Source of the DNA: a virus
Taxonomy: Duplodnaviria; Caudoviricetes
Virus record (IMG/VR): IMGVR_UViG_3300022307_000009
Span: 1-30,862 of that record
Length of the DNA stretch: 30,862 nt
Direction: 5' to 3' (one strand)
Made by a program: the position numbers and the translations under genes. Below the pieces are notes generated by a model. That model worked only from the letters and a program-made list of their open reading frames with translations. It was not told the origin of the DNA and did not search any database. This document shows positions 1 to 7,597 of the stretch, one piece after another. Numbering within the stretch: the first letter of the stretch is position 1; each line of letters opens with the position of its first letter.

Positions 1-1
1 T

Positions 2-343
2 AAATTATGGCGTAGCTGGATGACTCCAACGACAAAGTATCTAGTATCGAATGGAGCAAAGATGCCATTAGTGATTAAGCCGAACGGAGAGACTTACGGA
101 GAGCGTGAATTTAACACTGATGACTGTCACGAATATTTTACCTCATTATGGTTAGGATTAGATAAAGAAGGCACTAGATTAAGCTGGTCGAAATCAGGCA
201 GAGATGGTCGCAGGGCCGCGACAAAGGGTGAAAGATTTATAGCTATGCAAAAACATTCGGAATGGGCTAGTGAGCGCGGGATAATACTGCACGTGCCGCG
301 CGATAGCGAGTACAGCAAACTAAACGAAGAACAAAATGTCTAG
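2..343 (+). CDS. NinB/YbcN-like phage recombination-associated protein (5' truncated by window edge)
   Basis: The frame is open upstream of ATG 20 to the window start (KLWRSW-MTPT...). The C-terminus EWASERGIILHVPRDSEYSKLNEEQ resembles YbcN/NinB-family ends, and the gene lies directly before NinG. Confidence 0.6.
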   Translation, partial: KLWRSWMTPTTKYLVSNGAKMPLVIKPNGETYGEREFNTDDCHEYFTSLWLGLDKEGTRLSWSKSGRDGRRAATKGERFIAMQKHSEWASERGIILHVPRDSEYSKLNEEQNV

Positions 344-379
344 AAAGGCTAAATATATCAAAGAAGATAATCGGAAATA

Positions 380-1075
380 ATGCCAGTCATACCAAAAACC
401 AAAACCATCAAGCCAAAATACGGTCGATGCAAATGTGCATACAAAGACTGTAGAAAATGGATAGTGAGAGAAAGGCTAGGCCAAAAGACATGCAATCCAA
501 TTTGTGCATTGGCATGGATCAAAGACAAGCAGGCTGATGAGTATAAAAAAATTAGGGTGAATCAGGAGAAGAAGTCAAAGGACGCAGAAAAAAAGAAGAA
601 GGCGTTTCTGAAAGAGCGCAAGGAGGCCATTAAGAGCAATAGCGAGCTCTTAAGTGATGCGCAAACGATATTCAACCGAATGAGAAGGCTTGAAGATTTA
701 AAAGAGTTCGCCCAAAATAACATGGCTCCCGAGTGCATATCGTGCCGGACCACAAACCCAGATATTCAATACGCCGGAGGGCATTACTTTTCGGTAGGTG
801 CAAGACCTGAGCTTAGATTTAATAAAAACAATGTGCATTATCAGTGTAATTACCATTGCAATCAGCAGCTTAGCGCAAACAAGGACCAGTACAAGCCATG
901 GCTAATAAAAAAGATAGGTCAGTCAGAATATGATAAAATGAAGGCGGACCATACACCAAAGAACTATACGAACGATCAGCTTAGGACCATGAAAAAAGAG
1001 TGGTCCAAAGAGTGTCGAGAATTGAAATTGTGGCTAGATGAGCATAATGAATTCAATCAGGACCATGGCGATTGA
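380..1075 (+). CDS. ninG: NinG/Rap-family recombination endonuclease
   Basis: N-terminal Cys cluster (CKCAYKDC...TCNPICA), CISC, GGHYFSVGARPELRFNKNNVHYQCNYHCNQQLSAN, LIKKIG; typical lambda NinG motifs. Confidence 0.9.
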   Translation: MPVIPKTKTIKPKYGRCKCAYKDCRKWIVRERLGQKTCNPICALAWIKDKQADEYKKIRVNQEKKSKDAEKKKKAFLKERKEAIKSNSELLSDAQTIFNRMRRLEDLKEFAQNNMAPECISCRTTNPDIQYAGGHYFSVGARPELRFNKNNVHYQCNYHCNQQLSANKDQYKPWLIKKIGQSEYDKMKADHTPKNYTNDQLRTMKKEWSKECRELKLWLDEHNEFNQDHGD

Positions 1076-1316
1076 GCTACACTATAAACACAAACTAAAG
1101 GACATGCTAATGGAAAGCATTATACAAATTTTCAGAATGGAAGAGCTGAGCGTCAATACTAGGATTAGTATTATAAAGAAACTAGGTGGAGCGATTAATC
1201 ACCAGTTTGGTGCCAGCTGTACCGAGGAATTAGTGATTGAGCTTATTCTAGCTTTAGACCCAGAAAAAGAGCCAGAACTAAGAGATGATAAGCGTTACGC
1301 CGCGTTTATGAAGTAA
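1065..1316 (+). CDS. hypothetical phage protein (~83 aa)
   Basis: The ORF track gives 1038. ATG 1065 follows AGGA and overlaps the ninG end, so it is the likelier start. No family recognised. Confidence 0.55.
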   Translation: MAIELHYKHKLKDMLMESIIQIFRMEELSVNTRISIIKKLGGAINHQFGASCTEELVIELILALDPEKEPELRDDKRYAAFMK

Positions 1317-1426
1317 ATATAACGATGATAAAGGAGATGCTATGAAGCTGGTTTTAATTGCTATGTGTATTTAAACATAAGTCATCTAACATAGCAAACA
1401 AGCTATATCAGAAACAGACCATGAAA

Positions 1427-1455
1427 TTGACATAAGGAAATAAGAGAGGTAGTAG
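1427..1455 (+). promoter_or_regulatory. putative sigma70 promoter (TTGACA-N17-TAGTAG)
   Basis: Perfect -35 at 1427-1432, 17-nt spacer, imperfect -10 at 1450-1455 (lacks the final T). Confidence 0.4.
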
Positions 1456-1570
1456 GGCTAGAGCTATCGTAGCGGCCTACATTGGGCAAGACCGTCCATC
1501 GGGTATCTCTCGACTAGGCCAGAATATTCGAGAGATTAGCGGGAAAGCATCTTAATTGAGGATTTTTCGT
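1452..1570 (+). ncRNA. candidate structured non-coding RNA or leader
   Basis: GC-richer intergenic patch with consecutive stems: 1452-1480 (with inner GCTA-tcg-TAGC), 1483-1498, and a perfect 9-bp stem ATCTCTCGA 1505-1513 / TCGAGAGAT 1528-1536, then a terminator-like hairpin. Confidence 0.35.
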
Positions 1571-1572
1571 TC
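1539..1572 (+). terminator. possible intrinsic terminator
   Basis: GCGGGAAAGCATCTTAATTGAGGATTTTTCGTT: imperfect hairpin with G-U pairs and a T-rich 3' arm. Confidence 0.35.
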
Positions 1573-1614
1573 CATGCATCAAAAATAACCACTTCATTAT
1601 CATTATTCGCAAAA

Positions 1615-1635
1615 CCATAAGCTATGGGCTATAAT
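1615..1635 (+). promoter_or_regulatory. putative late promoter, CCATAA-N9-TATAAT
   Basis: Perfect -10 TATAAT at 1630-1635 with no consensus -35. The 11-mer CCATAAGCTAT is shared with 9043-9053. Confidence 0.5.
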
Positions 1636-1649
1636 TAGGTAAAATTATT

Positions 1650-1664
1650 CATAGGTGATTTATG
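1650..1664 (+). repeat. 15-bp direct repeat CATAGGTGATTTATG, copy 1 (RBS + start codon)
   Basis: Exact copies at 1650-1664, 5366-5380 and 28133-28147. Confidence 0.9.
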
Positions 1665-2165
1665 ATGCTAATATTATTCATACTTGCGCTATTTTCTTAT
1701 TCCGCAATTCCCCCAGCGATAGCATCTCCAGCGGTCATTTCGTTTGATTCTAGCGTAACTCCAAACGTAACTTATAACGTATACCAGAATGATTTAGTGA
1801 TTTACTCCGGCCAGTCGAGCCTACAGTATGACGTTGACAAAAAAGATGGGGATACATTTTACGTTACCGCTGTGCTTGATGGTACTGAATCAAATAAATC
1901 GAACATAAGAACAGTTCCGTTCTCGCCTTCTGCATCTCAGTCTTGTAGCAGTACAAAAATAACCGTGGCTAAAAACGGCTCAAGAACATCTAGACCAATG
2001 CGCGATGCTAATTTTGTACCGACAAACAATAGAGTTGTTACCGGGGTTGAGTGCGAGAGTACTTTGATTAAATCGTATAGTGCTACTGACAGTACTCGTG
2101 GTTACTATTTTGTAACTAATGCCGCTGGGTATCGCGGAATTGCTATTTGTAAGGTGGAAATTTAA
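1662..2165 (+). CDS. signal-peptide-bearing protein with fibronectin type III-like domain and a Cys-containing C-terminal domain
   Basis: Hydrophobic N-terminus ending AIA. YNVYQ...TFYVTAVLDGTESNKSN is an FN3-type pattern. Three Cys in the C-terminal half; strong RBS AGGTG. Confidence 0.6.
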   Translation: MMLILFILALFSYSAIPPAIASPAVISFDSSVTPNVTYNVYQNDLVIYSGQSSLQYDVDKKDGDTFYVTAVLDGTESNKSNIRTVPFSPSASQSCSSTKITVAKNGSRTSRPMRDANFVPTNNRVVTGVECESTLIKSYSATDSTRGYYFVTNAAGYRGIAICKVEI

Positions 2166-3037
2166 TGTTAGCTAATCGAGTCAGAGAGACTACAGCAACC
2201 ACAGGGGCAGGATCATTTGCAACGGCTGGGGCTGTTGCTGGTTTTGATGCATTTAATACTGCGTTTGGCCTTCACCGTCGTTTTGCGTACTGGGCAATAA
2301 ATGCTACAGATAACGAATGGGAAACGGGTATTGGTTACCTATCAGCTAGTGCAACATTAGTTCGAGAAACTGTTTTAGATAATAGCGCCGGAACTCAAGT
2401 GGCGATAAACTTTACGACAGCGCCTATTTTGTCTTGTGGCATGAATGAAACTGGTACACTTGCTCCGCCTGCAATAATTGCAACGTCCGGTACAAATTAC
2501 GAAATGCTGCTATCAAAAACGATAGTTGGCTATAGCTCTTCATATACAGCAAGACCGACGCAATTATATTTGCAGCCGTTCGCCCATGACTGTCAAGGTG
2601 CGATGTCAAAATGGGCAGTGTATGTAAAAACAGCATCGGTCGGCGCTGTAATGCGTATGGGAATATACAGAGTTGATATGACCACTGGGTTTCCCGTTGG
2701 TAGCCCTTGGATCGAATCAGACGATATTGATTGCGGAACTACGGGTTTAGTTACTCAATCGTTTGCCAATAATGTTGTAGGCCCGATTACAGCGCAGCGA
2801 CTACCGCCTTATTTTTTCTTAGGTCTAGCATTTGAGGACAGTACCATTGCATTGATGTCTATGGACTACACAAAAACAACAAAAACGTGGATGAGCAAAA
2901 ACGCAAATGGTGCGGATGTGTATCTTAATCAACTATTTACTCTTGGCACGCCAACCCCTGCGGTTGCTGCCTTGCCTGCTATAGCTACGATTTCGTACAG
3001 AGCTGAAAACCAGCCCATTGGAGGTTTTGCCGCATGA
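2165..3037 (+). CDS. fibre/appendage-like virion protein
   Basis: N-terminus LANRVRETTATTGAGSF...EWETGIG...TLVRETVLDNS is a recurrent N-terminal anchor of phage fibre-like proteins. The C-terminal part looks like a beta-sandwich (MRMGIY...YFFLGLAF). Confidence 0.55.
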   Translation: MLANRVRETTATTGAGSFATAGAVAGFDAFNTAFGLHRRFAYWAINATDNEWETGIGYLSASATLVRETVLDNSAGTQVAINFTTAPILSCGMNETGTLAPPAIIATSGTNYEMLLSKTIVGYSSSYTARPTQLYLQPFAHDCQGAMSKWAVYVKTASVGAVMRMGIYRVDMTTGFPVGSPWIESDDIDCGTTGLVTQSFANNVVGPITAQRLPPYFFLGLAFEDSTIALMSMDYTKTTKTWMSKNANGADVYLNQLFTLGTPTPAVAALPAIATISYRAENQPIGGFAA

Positions 3038-3459
3038 TTACTTGGCTTGAAAAAGGGCATGGGTTAATTGAAGCTCTGGGTAACGTTGGTATAACAAAAA
3101 CTACTGAAGATGGTGCAGTAAAAATACACCCGGTCGAGCGCGAGGCAGAAGCACAAGTAATAATTGATACATATGATGCATTACCAGACTACAAAAAAAT
3201 AAAAATCGAAGAATTAAAACTTGAGGCACTATCAAGAGTTCAAATAGTGTACCCCTCAATTAGTAATTTCGATGAATTGAAATTAGTCAAAGACATTATT
3301 ATAAGCATTGCTCCAGCAGCACGCCAACTACCTGCTGACATGACAATTACAACGAATATTTATCAAGCTGGAGTCGATGCAGTAGCAGCTATTAATCTAA
3401 TAAACGTCGCTGCGGATGTGCAAAGCTACGATGTCGTTAATACTCCCGTGTGGCCATAA
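3034..3459 (+). CDS. putative fibre-associated/assembly protein (DUF4376-like)
   Basis: YDALPDYKKIKIEELKLEALSR...AVAAINL...DVQSYDV...WP pattern typical of fibre-associated helical proteins; ATGA overlap with the upstream gene. Confidence 0.45.
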   Translation: MITWLEKGHGLIEALGNVGITKTTEDGAVKIHPVEREAEAQVIIDTYDALPDYKKIKIEELKLEALSRVQIVYPSISNFDELKLVKDIIISIAPAARQLPADMTITTNIYQAGVDAVAAINLINVAADVQSYDVVNTPVWP

Positions 3460-5370
3460 ATGCTAGACGGGAGAGCGATAGGCGAGTATGCGCTAGGTGA
3501 GTTGCCGACGGCAGCAGGCGGCACATTCAGGCCACATTTGGCAGTAAGAAGATCACAAATAATTGGAGTTATGCAAATGTATCCTCGCAACGCAGTAAGT
3601 CCCGAGCGAATAGCAGTAGGCCAAGTAATCTTGATAGCTGATGGTACAATACAAACTTCAGCAGTAGTTATCACCGTTAGGCCGCAAGCAGGTGCTGAGG
3701 CTACAGGAGGCGGAACTACGGTATATGGTGCTGAAGGAACTGTTTACTATACCCCGACGCAAGCTGAGACGAACTATACGTCATTTACTATTATTGCGTC
3801 TAAAGCAGCCTGTTTCTCTGCAAGTCAGACTATAATTACAAGTGCTTCAGCAGTAGCAGGTAATGTTGTACTGTCGGCTGAAACCCATACTGGAGCAGTA
3901 ATACCAACGGTTTCAGCGTTAACAAACCTACCCACAATCCCTACGAATTGGATTACACCAGCTGGAATTTCTGCTTCTGCCTTAGATGGTAAAGGTGATT
4001 GGAATATTGGGAAGACAGGGTATGTTTTAACACAAGCCTTCCCTGCAAACTTCGCTGACCTAGCTATTGCGTTAACTACAGGTGTTGTCACAGTTGGAAC
4101 TAATAATGATAAGACAGGTTATACACTAACTGTTACACCACCGACAGCAGCAGCTATTAGGTCTGAGGTGGATCTGAACTCAACACAACTTGCAGCAATA
4201 ATTGCCTATGTAGACGAGCTTGAAACTAGGCTCTCAGCTATACGCGCTGGTTATCTTGATAATCTTTCTGCTGGTGCTGTAGCACAAGCCTCCTCACTCG
4301 CTGTAGCTCAAGCTGACTTAGACATATTAACTGGGACTAATGGTGTAACTTTAGCATCCTCGCAACCTAACTATGCTCCTGCTAAGGCTGGAGATAATAT
4401 GGGGTTAACAGCGACTGCAACATCTGCACAGTTAATATCAGATATTTTCAATGAAGTACTAAGTAAGGCTAAGTATAATACAGGCCAGTCTCTAGGGAAG
4501 ATGATTAGAGAAATTGGTGCGTGGACAGCAGCAGAGGGAACTGTTAGTGGTGTCCCCACAACAACAAGTGTGACAACGAATATCACTGGTTTTGATGATA
4601 ATTTCTTTCGGGATCAGTGCTTATTTGCTTACAATGGTTCGGCGCAAGCTGGGCAGGGGAGGATTGTCTCAACGTACAATGGGACAACAGGTGAGTTCAC
4701 TTTTGACGAAGCTTTCACAACTGCTTTAGTTGCTGGTGATGATGTTGTCATTGTCGCAAGCCACGTCCATCGTATATCGCAAATACAATCAGGACTAGCA
4801 ACAGAGGCCAAACAAGACGCGACCGACATAGTGATTGCAGAGCTAACAACTCAAGGCGACACTAACGAGTCGAAACTAGATGCAGCAGCACTTATAAACA
4901 CAGAGGCGAGAATGTCGGAATTAGATGCGGCCACGGCCGGCAAGATGGCTAACCAAGTCGACATCATACAAACTGACACAACAACAGATATACCCGCACT
5001 TATTGCATCCGCACAAACCGCAATAGACGCAATACAAACCGATTTAAGTAACGGCACCGATGGACTAGGCGCTCTTAAAGCATTAATTGACGCAGTAAAC
5101 ACGGCCATAACATCAACTGGGGCTGTTTTAACGGTTACAGAGCGTAACGCCATAGCTGATGCTATACTTGATCGAGATATGAGTACAGGCGCAGACTCAG
5201 GCAGCCCGACAGTGAGGACGGTAAGGCAATCGTTACGGGCAAACAGAAATAAGGTGAGCATTGCGGGCGGAGTTATGACGATAACCAAAGAGGATGATGT
5301 AACGGCAAGCTGGACGGCTACGGTAGTAACTACCGCTGGCGACCCAATATCATCATTAGACCCGGCATAG
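3460..5370 (+). CDS. long Ala/Thr/Gly-rich fibre-like structural protein (possible internal start at 3577)
   Basis: 636 aa, KTGY[VT]LT motif twice, coiled-coil-like segments, C-terminal AIADAILDRD...TVRQSLRANRNKVSI module. GGAG at 3565-3568 precedes in-frame ATG 3577. Confidence 0.6.
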   Translation: MLDGRAIGEYALGELPTAAGGTFRPHLAVRRSQIIGVMQMYPRNAVSPERIAVGQVILIADGTIQTSAVVITVRPQAGAEATGGGTTVYGAEGTVYYTPTQAETNYTSFTIIASKAACFSASQTIITSASAVAGNVVLSAETHTGAVIPTVSALTNLPTIPTNWITPAGISASALDGKGDWNIGKTGYVLTQAFPANFADLAIALTTGVVTVGTNNDKTGYTLTVTPPTAAAIRSEVDLNSTQLAAIIAYVDELETRLSAIRAGYLDNLSAGAVAQASSLAVAQADLDILTGTNGVTLASSQPNYAPAKAGDNMGLTATATSAQLISDIFNEVLSKAKYNTGQSLGKMIREIGAWTAAEGTVSGVPTTTSVTTNITGFDDNFFRDQCLFAYNGSAQAGQGRIVSTYNGTTGEFTFDEAFTTALVAGDDVVIVASHVHRISQIQSGLATEAKQDATDIVIAELTTQGDTNESKLDAAALINTEARMSELDAATAGKMANQVDIIQTDTTTDIPALIASAQTAIDAIQTDLSNGTDGLGALKALIDAVNTAITSTGAVLTVTERNAIADAILDRDMSTGADSGSPTVRTVRQSLRANRNKVSIAGGVMTITKEDDVTASWTATVVTTAGDPISSLDPA

Positions 5371-5380
5371 GTGATTTATG
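5366..5380 (+). repeat. 15-bp direct repeat CATAGGTGATTTATG, copy 2
   Basis: Exact match to 1650-1664; contains the TAG stop of the upstream gene and the ATG of the next. Confidence 0.9.
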
Positions 5381-5551
5381 TTTAAATTCTTTTTTTGGAC
5401 GTGGGGTAATGGTGATGCAGCAGTAATATCTAGCGCCCCAAAAAACAGAATATTGGCAGTTACAAGGCAATCACGAGCCTTCGCTATTCACGATCAATCC
5501 AGAGTGTTAGTTATATCAAAACAAGCAAGGGCGCAAAATAATGGCGGATAA
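5378..5551 (+). CDS. small protein (57 aa) not in the ORF track
   Basis: MFKFFFWTWGNGDAAVISSAPKNRILAVTRQSRAFAIHDQSRVLVISKQARAQNNGG*. It has an AGGTG RBS, fills the gap exactly, overlaps the next start, and shows a 9-aa periodic R-h-h-x-h-x-x-Q-S pattern. Confidence 0.7.
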   Translation: MFKFFFWTWGNGDAAVISSAPKNRILAVTRQSRAFAIHDQSRVLVISKQARAQNNGG

Positions 5552-5855
5552 TGACAAGAGAGTCAGCGAGGTGCTGGATTACGATTTCGACTTTGCCCCA
5601 GTCACCAACTCGACCGCAAACGATGGAGGGGACTATCTCGACGCAGGGGAGACGCTAACAAGTAAAGTTGTAACAGTCACCGGCGCGACAATGGACTCCG
5701 ATGTATTTTTTAATGCTAACACGAGCGTTAAAGTATGGGTGTCATCGGGCGCAGCAAATACCGAGGCAGTAATTGTTTGCTCGTGCGTAACATCTGGCGG
5801 CAGGACAGTAACTAGAGCGACAAGCATTAAAATAATAGCAGACAACTATATATAA
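5541..5855 (+). CDS. small beta-rich virion protein (fibre-adaptor-like family)
   Basis: EVLDYDFDF...YLDAGETL...VKVWVSSG...CVTSGGRTVTR resembles a widespread phage family with a KDPxxxLDYxxDW...VWLSGG...TxxGRTxxR pattern. Confidence 0.55.
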   Translation: MADNDKRVSEVLDYDFDFAPVTNSTANDGGDYLDAGETLTSKVVTVTGATMDSDVFFNANTSVKVWVSSGAANTEAVIVCSCVTSGGRTVTRATSIKIIADNYI

Positions 5856-5883
5856 TTTATTAACCTGTAACTTCAGTATGTGA

Positions 5884-5931
5884 GCGTATAACATGGCAGG
5901 AAAACCAAAAATAGTCAGGGGGATGCGATGA
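5884..5931 (+). pseudogene. relic copy of the terminase small subunit 5' end (12-codon mini-ORF MAGKPKIVRGMR, 5893-5931)
   Basis: CATGGCAGG (5892-5900 = 9089-9097), ACCAAAAATA (5904-5913 = 9104-9113) and GCGTATAA (5884-5891 = 9057-9064). TerS begins MAGGRPKI. Confidence 0.55.
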
Positions 5932-6467
5932 AAATAAAAAACATAAAGACATCCGATCTAATTCCTTATGCGAATAACTCAAGGACGCATGACGACGCAC
6001 AGGTAGCCCAAATAGCCGCAAGCATCAAAGAATTTGGGTTTACCAATCCCCTGCTAATTGACTCCGATAACGGGATAATAGCCGGTCACGGCAGACTATT
6101 AGCGGCCGTAAAATTAGGTATGGATGAAGTCCCGACAATAGAGCTATCCAATTTAACAAAAGCACAAAAGAAAGCGTATGTAATCGCAGATAATAAGCTG
6201 GCTTTAAATGCTGGGTGGGATTTTGATATGTTGCGGATTGAAATTGAAGACCTGAAAGAAATGGACTTTGATATTGATCTTCTTGGGTTTGACGATTCCG
6301 AGCTAATTGATATTGATGGCGACATACCCGAAGAGCAAGATCCGCGCGATAGCGTGGAAGACAAAGAAGGGTTCGCTTTAATCATTGAGTTTAATGCCGA
6401 GCACGATCAAATGGAGGTATTTAACGAAATGACAAGAAGGGGGTATGAGTGCAAACCTATATCGTGA
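5928..6467 (+). CDS. ParB/Sulfiredoxin N-terminal-domain protein with short C-terminal domain
   Basis: PYANNSRTHDDAQVAQIAASIKEFGFTNPLLID...IIAGHGRLLAA...AYVIADNKLALNAGWD; no methyltransferase motifs follow. Confidence 0.9.
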   Translation: MKIKNIKTSDLIPYANNSRTHDDAQVAQIAASIKEFGFTNPLLIDSDNGIIAGHGRLLAAVKLGMDEVPTIELSNLTKAQKKAYVIADNKLALNAGWDFDMLRIEIEDLKEMDFDIDLLGFDDSELIDIDGDIPEEQDPRDSVEDKEGFALIIEFNAEHDQMEVFNEMTRRGYECKPIS

Positions 6468-7597
6468 ATTTAAAAAGCGAGCAAGGAGTTAGCTTTAGGT
6501 GCAAAAAGGCCGCCGCCAGCGTTGATCTTGATTCAGATAAAAAATTATCACATTCATTAAACGTAAGGGCCGACATAACATCTAATTACAATGTTGGCCT
6601 TATCATCGGCGCTTCTGGGTCTGGCAAAACGACGCTTGCAAGAGAGGCGTACGGGGATGACTTTGATTCATCGGACGTGGATTATTCGAGTCCGGTTATA
6701 GATCAGCTAAATGAGTCATTATCTTATGACGAGTGCGCGAAACTATTATCATCCGTTGGGCTTAGCAGTATACCTTGCTGGTTATTGCCGGTAGGCGCAC
6801 TTTCTAATGGACAAAAAGCAAGGGCCGAGATTGCTATTAGATTGTCTAAAATGGATGATGTGCTAGTAGTCGATGAATGGACCTCCGTAGTTGACAGAAC
6901 AGTTGCTAAGGCTATGAGCCAAAGCGTTCAGAAGTTTGCCAGAGCATTCAACAAAAAAATAGTGCTAGTCTCATGTCATTACGATATAATCGAGTGGCTT
7001 AATCCTGACTGGATAATAGACTGCAATGATAATAGCTATGATGATCGGAGGTTACTTTGTCAAAGCTATACCAGAAAAGAAAAAATATCATTTGAAGTTA
7101 GGCGCCTCGAAAACAGCAAGTCATGGAAAATGTTTAGCAAGTATCATTATTTGAGCGACAATTCCGCAAGTGGGCTGGGTTTTTATTTCGGGTTATTTGT
7201 AGGCGACTTACAGATAGGCTATCAGGCGTTTAATGAATACGTTCCGTGGACGAACAAGAGGAAGAAAAGAGTATTACACTTCAATAGAACTGTAATTCAT
7301 CCTGATTATGTTGGTTTTGGGCTGGGAATGATGATGATAAACGAAACAACAAAATCATTAGCTGGCGAGTATGATATTTTTGGCAAGTTTTCCAGCATCC
7401 CTGTATATAAAGCCATGAAAAAATCAGATTGCTGGACACTAAAAGCTACAGGGTTCACAACATCAAAGCTATCAGGGACTATTGGCACGTCTAGGTCGCC
7501 CACCATTCGACGAAAAGTAAAATGGTGGAGCTTTAAGTACATCGGAAATCAGGAAAAAGATAAATCTATTGCGGCCAATGTCGCGCCTTTGGGGTAG
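6449..7597 (+). CDS. ABC-type ATPase fused to GNAT-like acyltransferase
   Basis: Walker A GASGSGKTT, signature-like LSNGQ, Walker B LVVDE, H-loop SCH. C-terminal part has FSKYHYL and the acyl-CoA-binding motif RTVIHPDYVGFGLG. GTG start after an AGGGGG RBS, overlapping the ParB gene. Confidence 0.85.
   Translation: MQTYIVNLKSEQGVSFRCKKAAASVDLDSDKKLSHSLNVRADITSNYNVGLIIGASGSGKTTLAREAYGDDFDSSDVDYSSPVIDQLNESLSYDECAKLLSSVGLSSIPCWLLPVGALSNGQKARAEIAIRLSKMDDVLVVDEWTSVVDRTVAKAMSQSVQKFARAFNKKIVLVSCHYDIIEWLNPDWIIDCNDNSYDDRRLLCQSYTRKEKISFEVRRLENSKSWKMFSKYHYLSDNSASGLGFYFGLFVGDLQIGYQAFNEYVPWTNKRKKRVLHFNRTVIHPDYVGFGLGMMMINETTKSLAGEYDIFGKFSSIPVYKAMKKSDCWTLKATGFTTSKLSGTIGTSRSPTIRRKVKWWSFKYIGNQEKDKSIAANVAPLG

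Noticed and set aside
1342-1374. 10-codon ORF MKLVLIAMCI behind an AAGGAG RBS
   Set aside because: Too short to support as a gene; it may be a truncated remnant but this cannot be assessed from the window alone.
1452-1570. tRNA or hammerhead ribozyme
   Set aside because: No T-loop GTTCRA or cloverleaf with acceptor stem, and no CTGATGA...GAAA core.
5928-6467. Plasmid-prophage partitioning system or ParB-methyltransferase
   Set aside because: No ParA, no central HTH or parS-like array, and no DPPY or FxGxG methyltransferase motifs.
6449-7597. ABC transporter ATP-binding subunit
   Set aside because: No permease or transmembrane gene nearby; it is fused to a GNAT domain and coupled to ParB-N.
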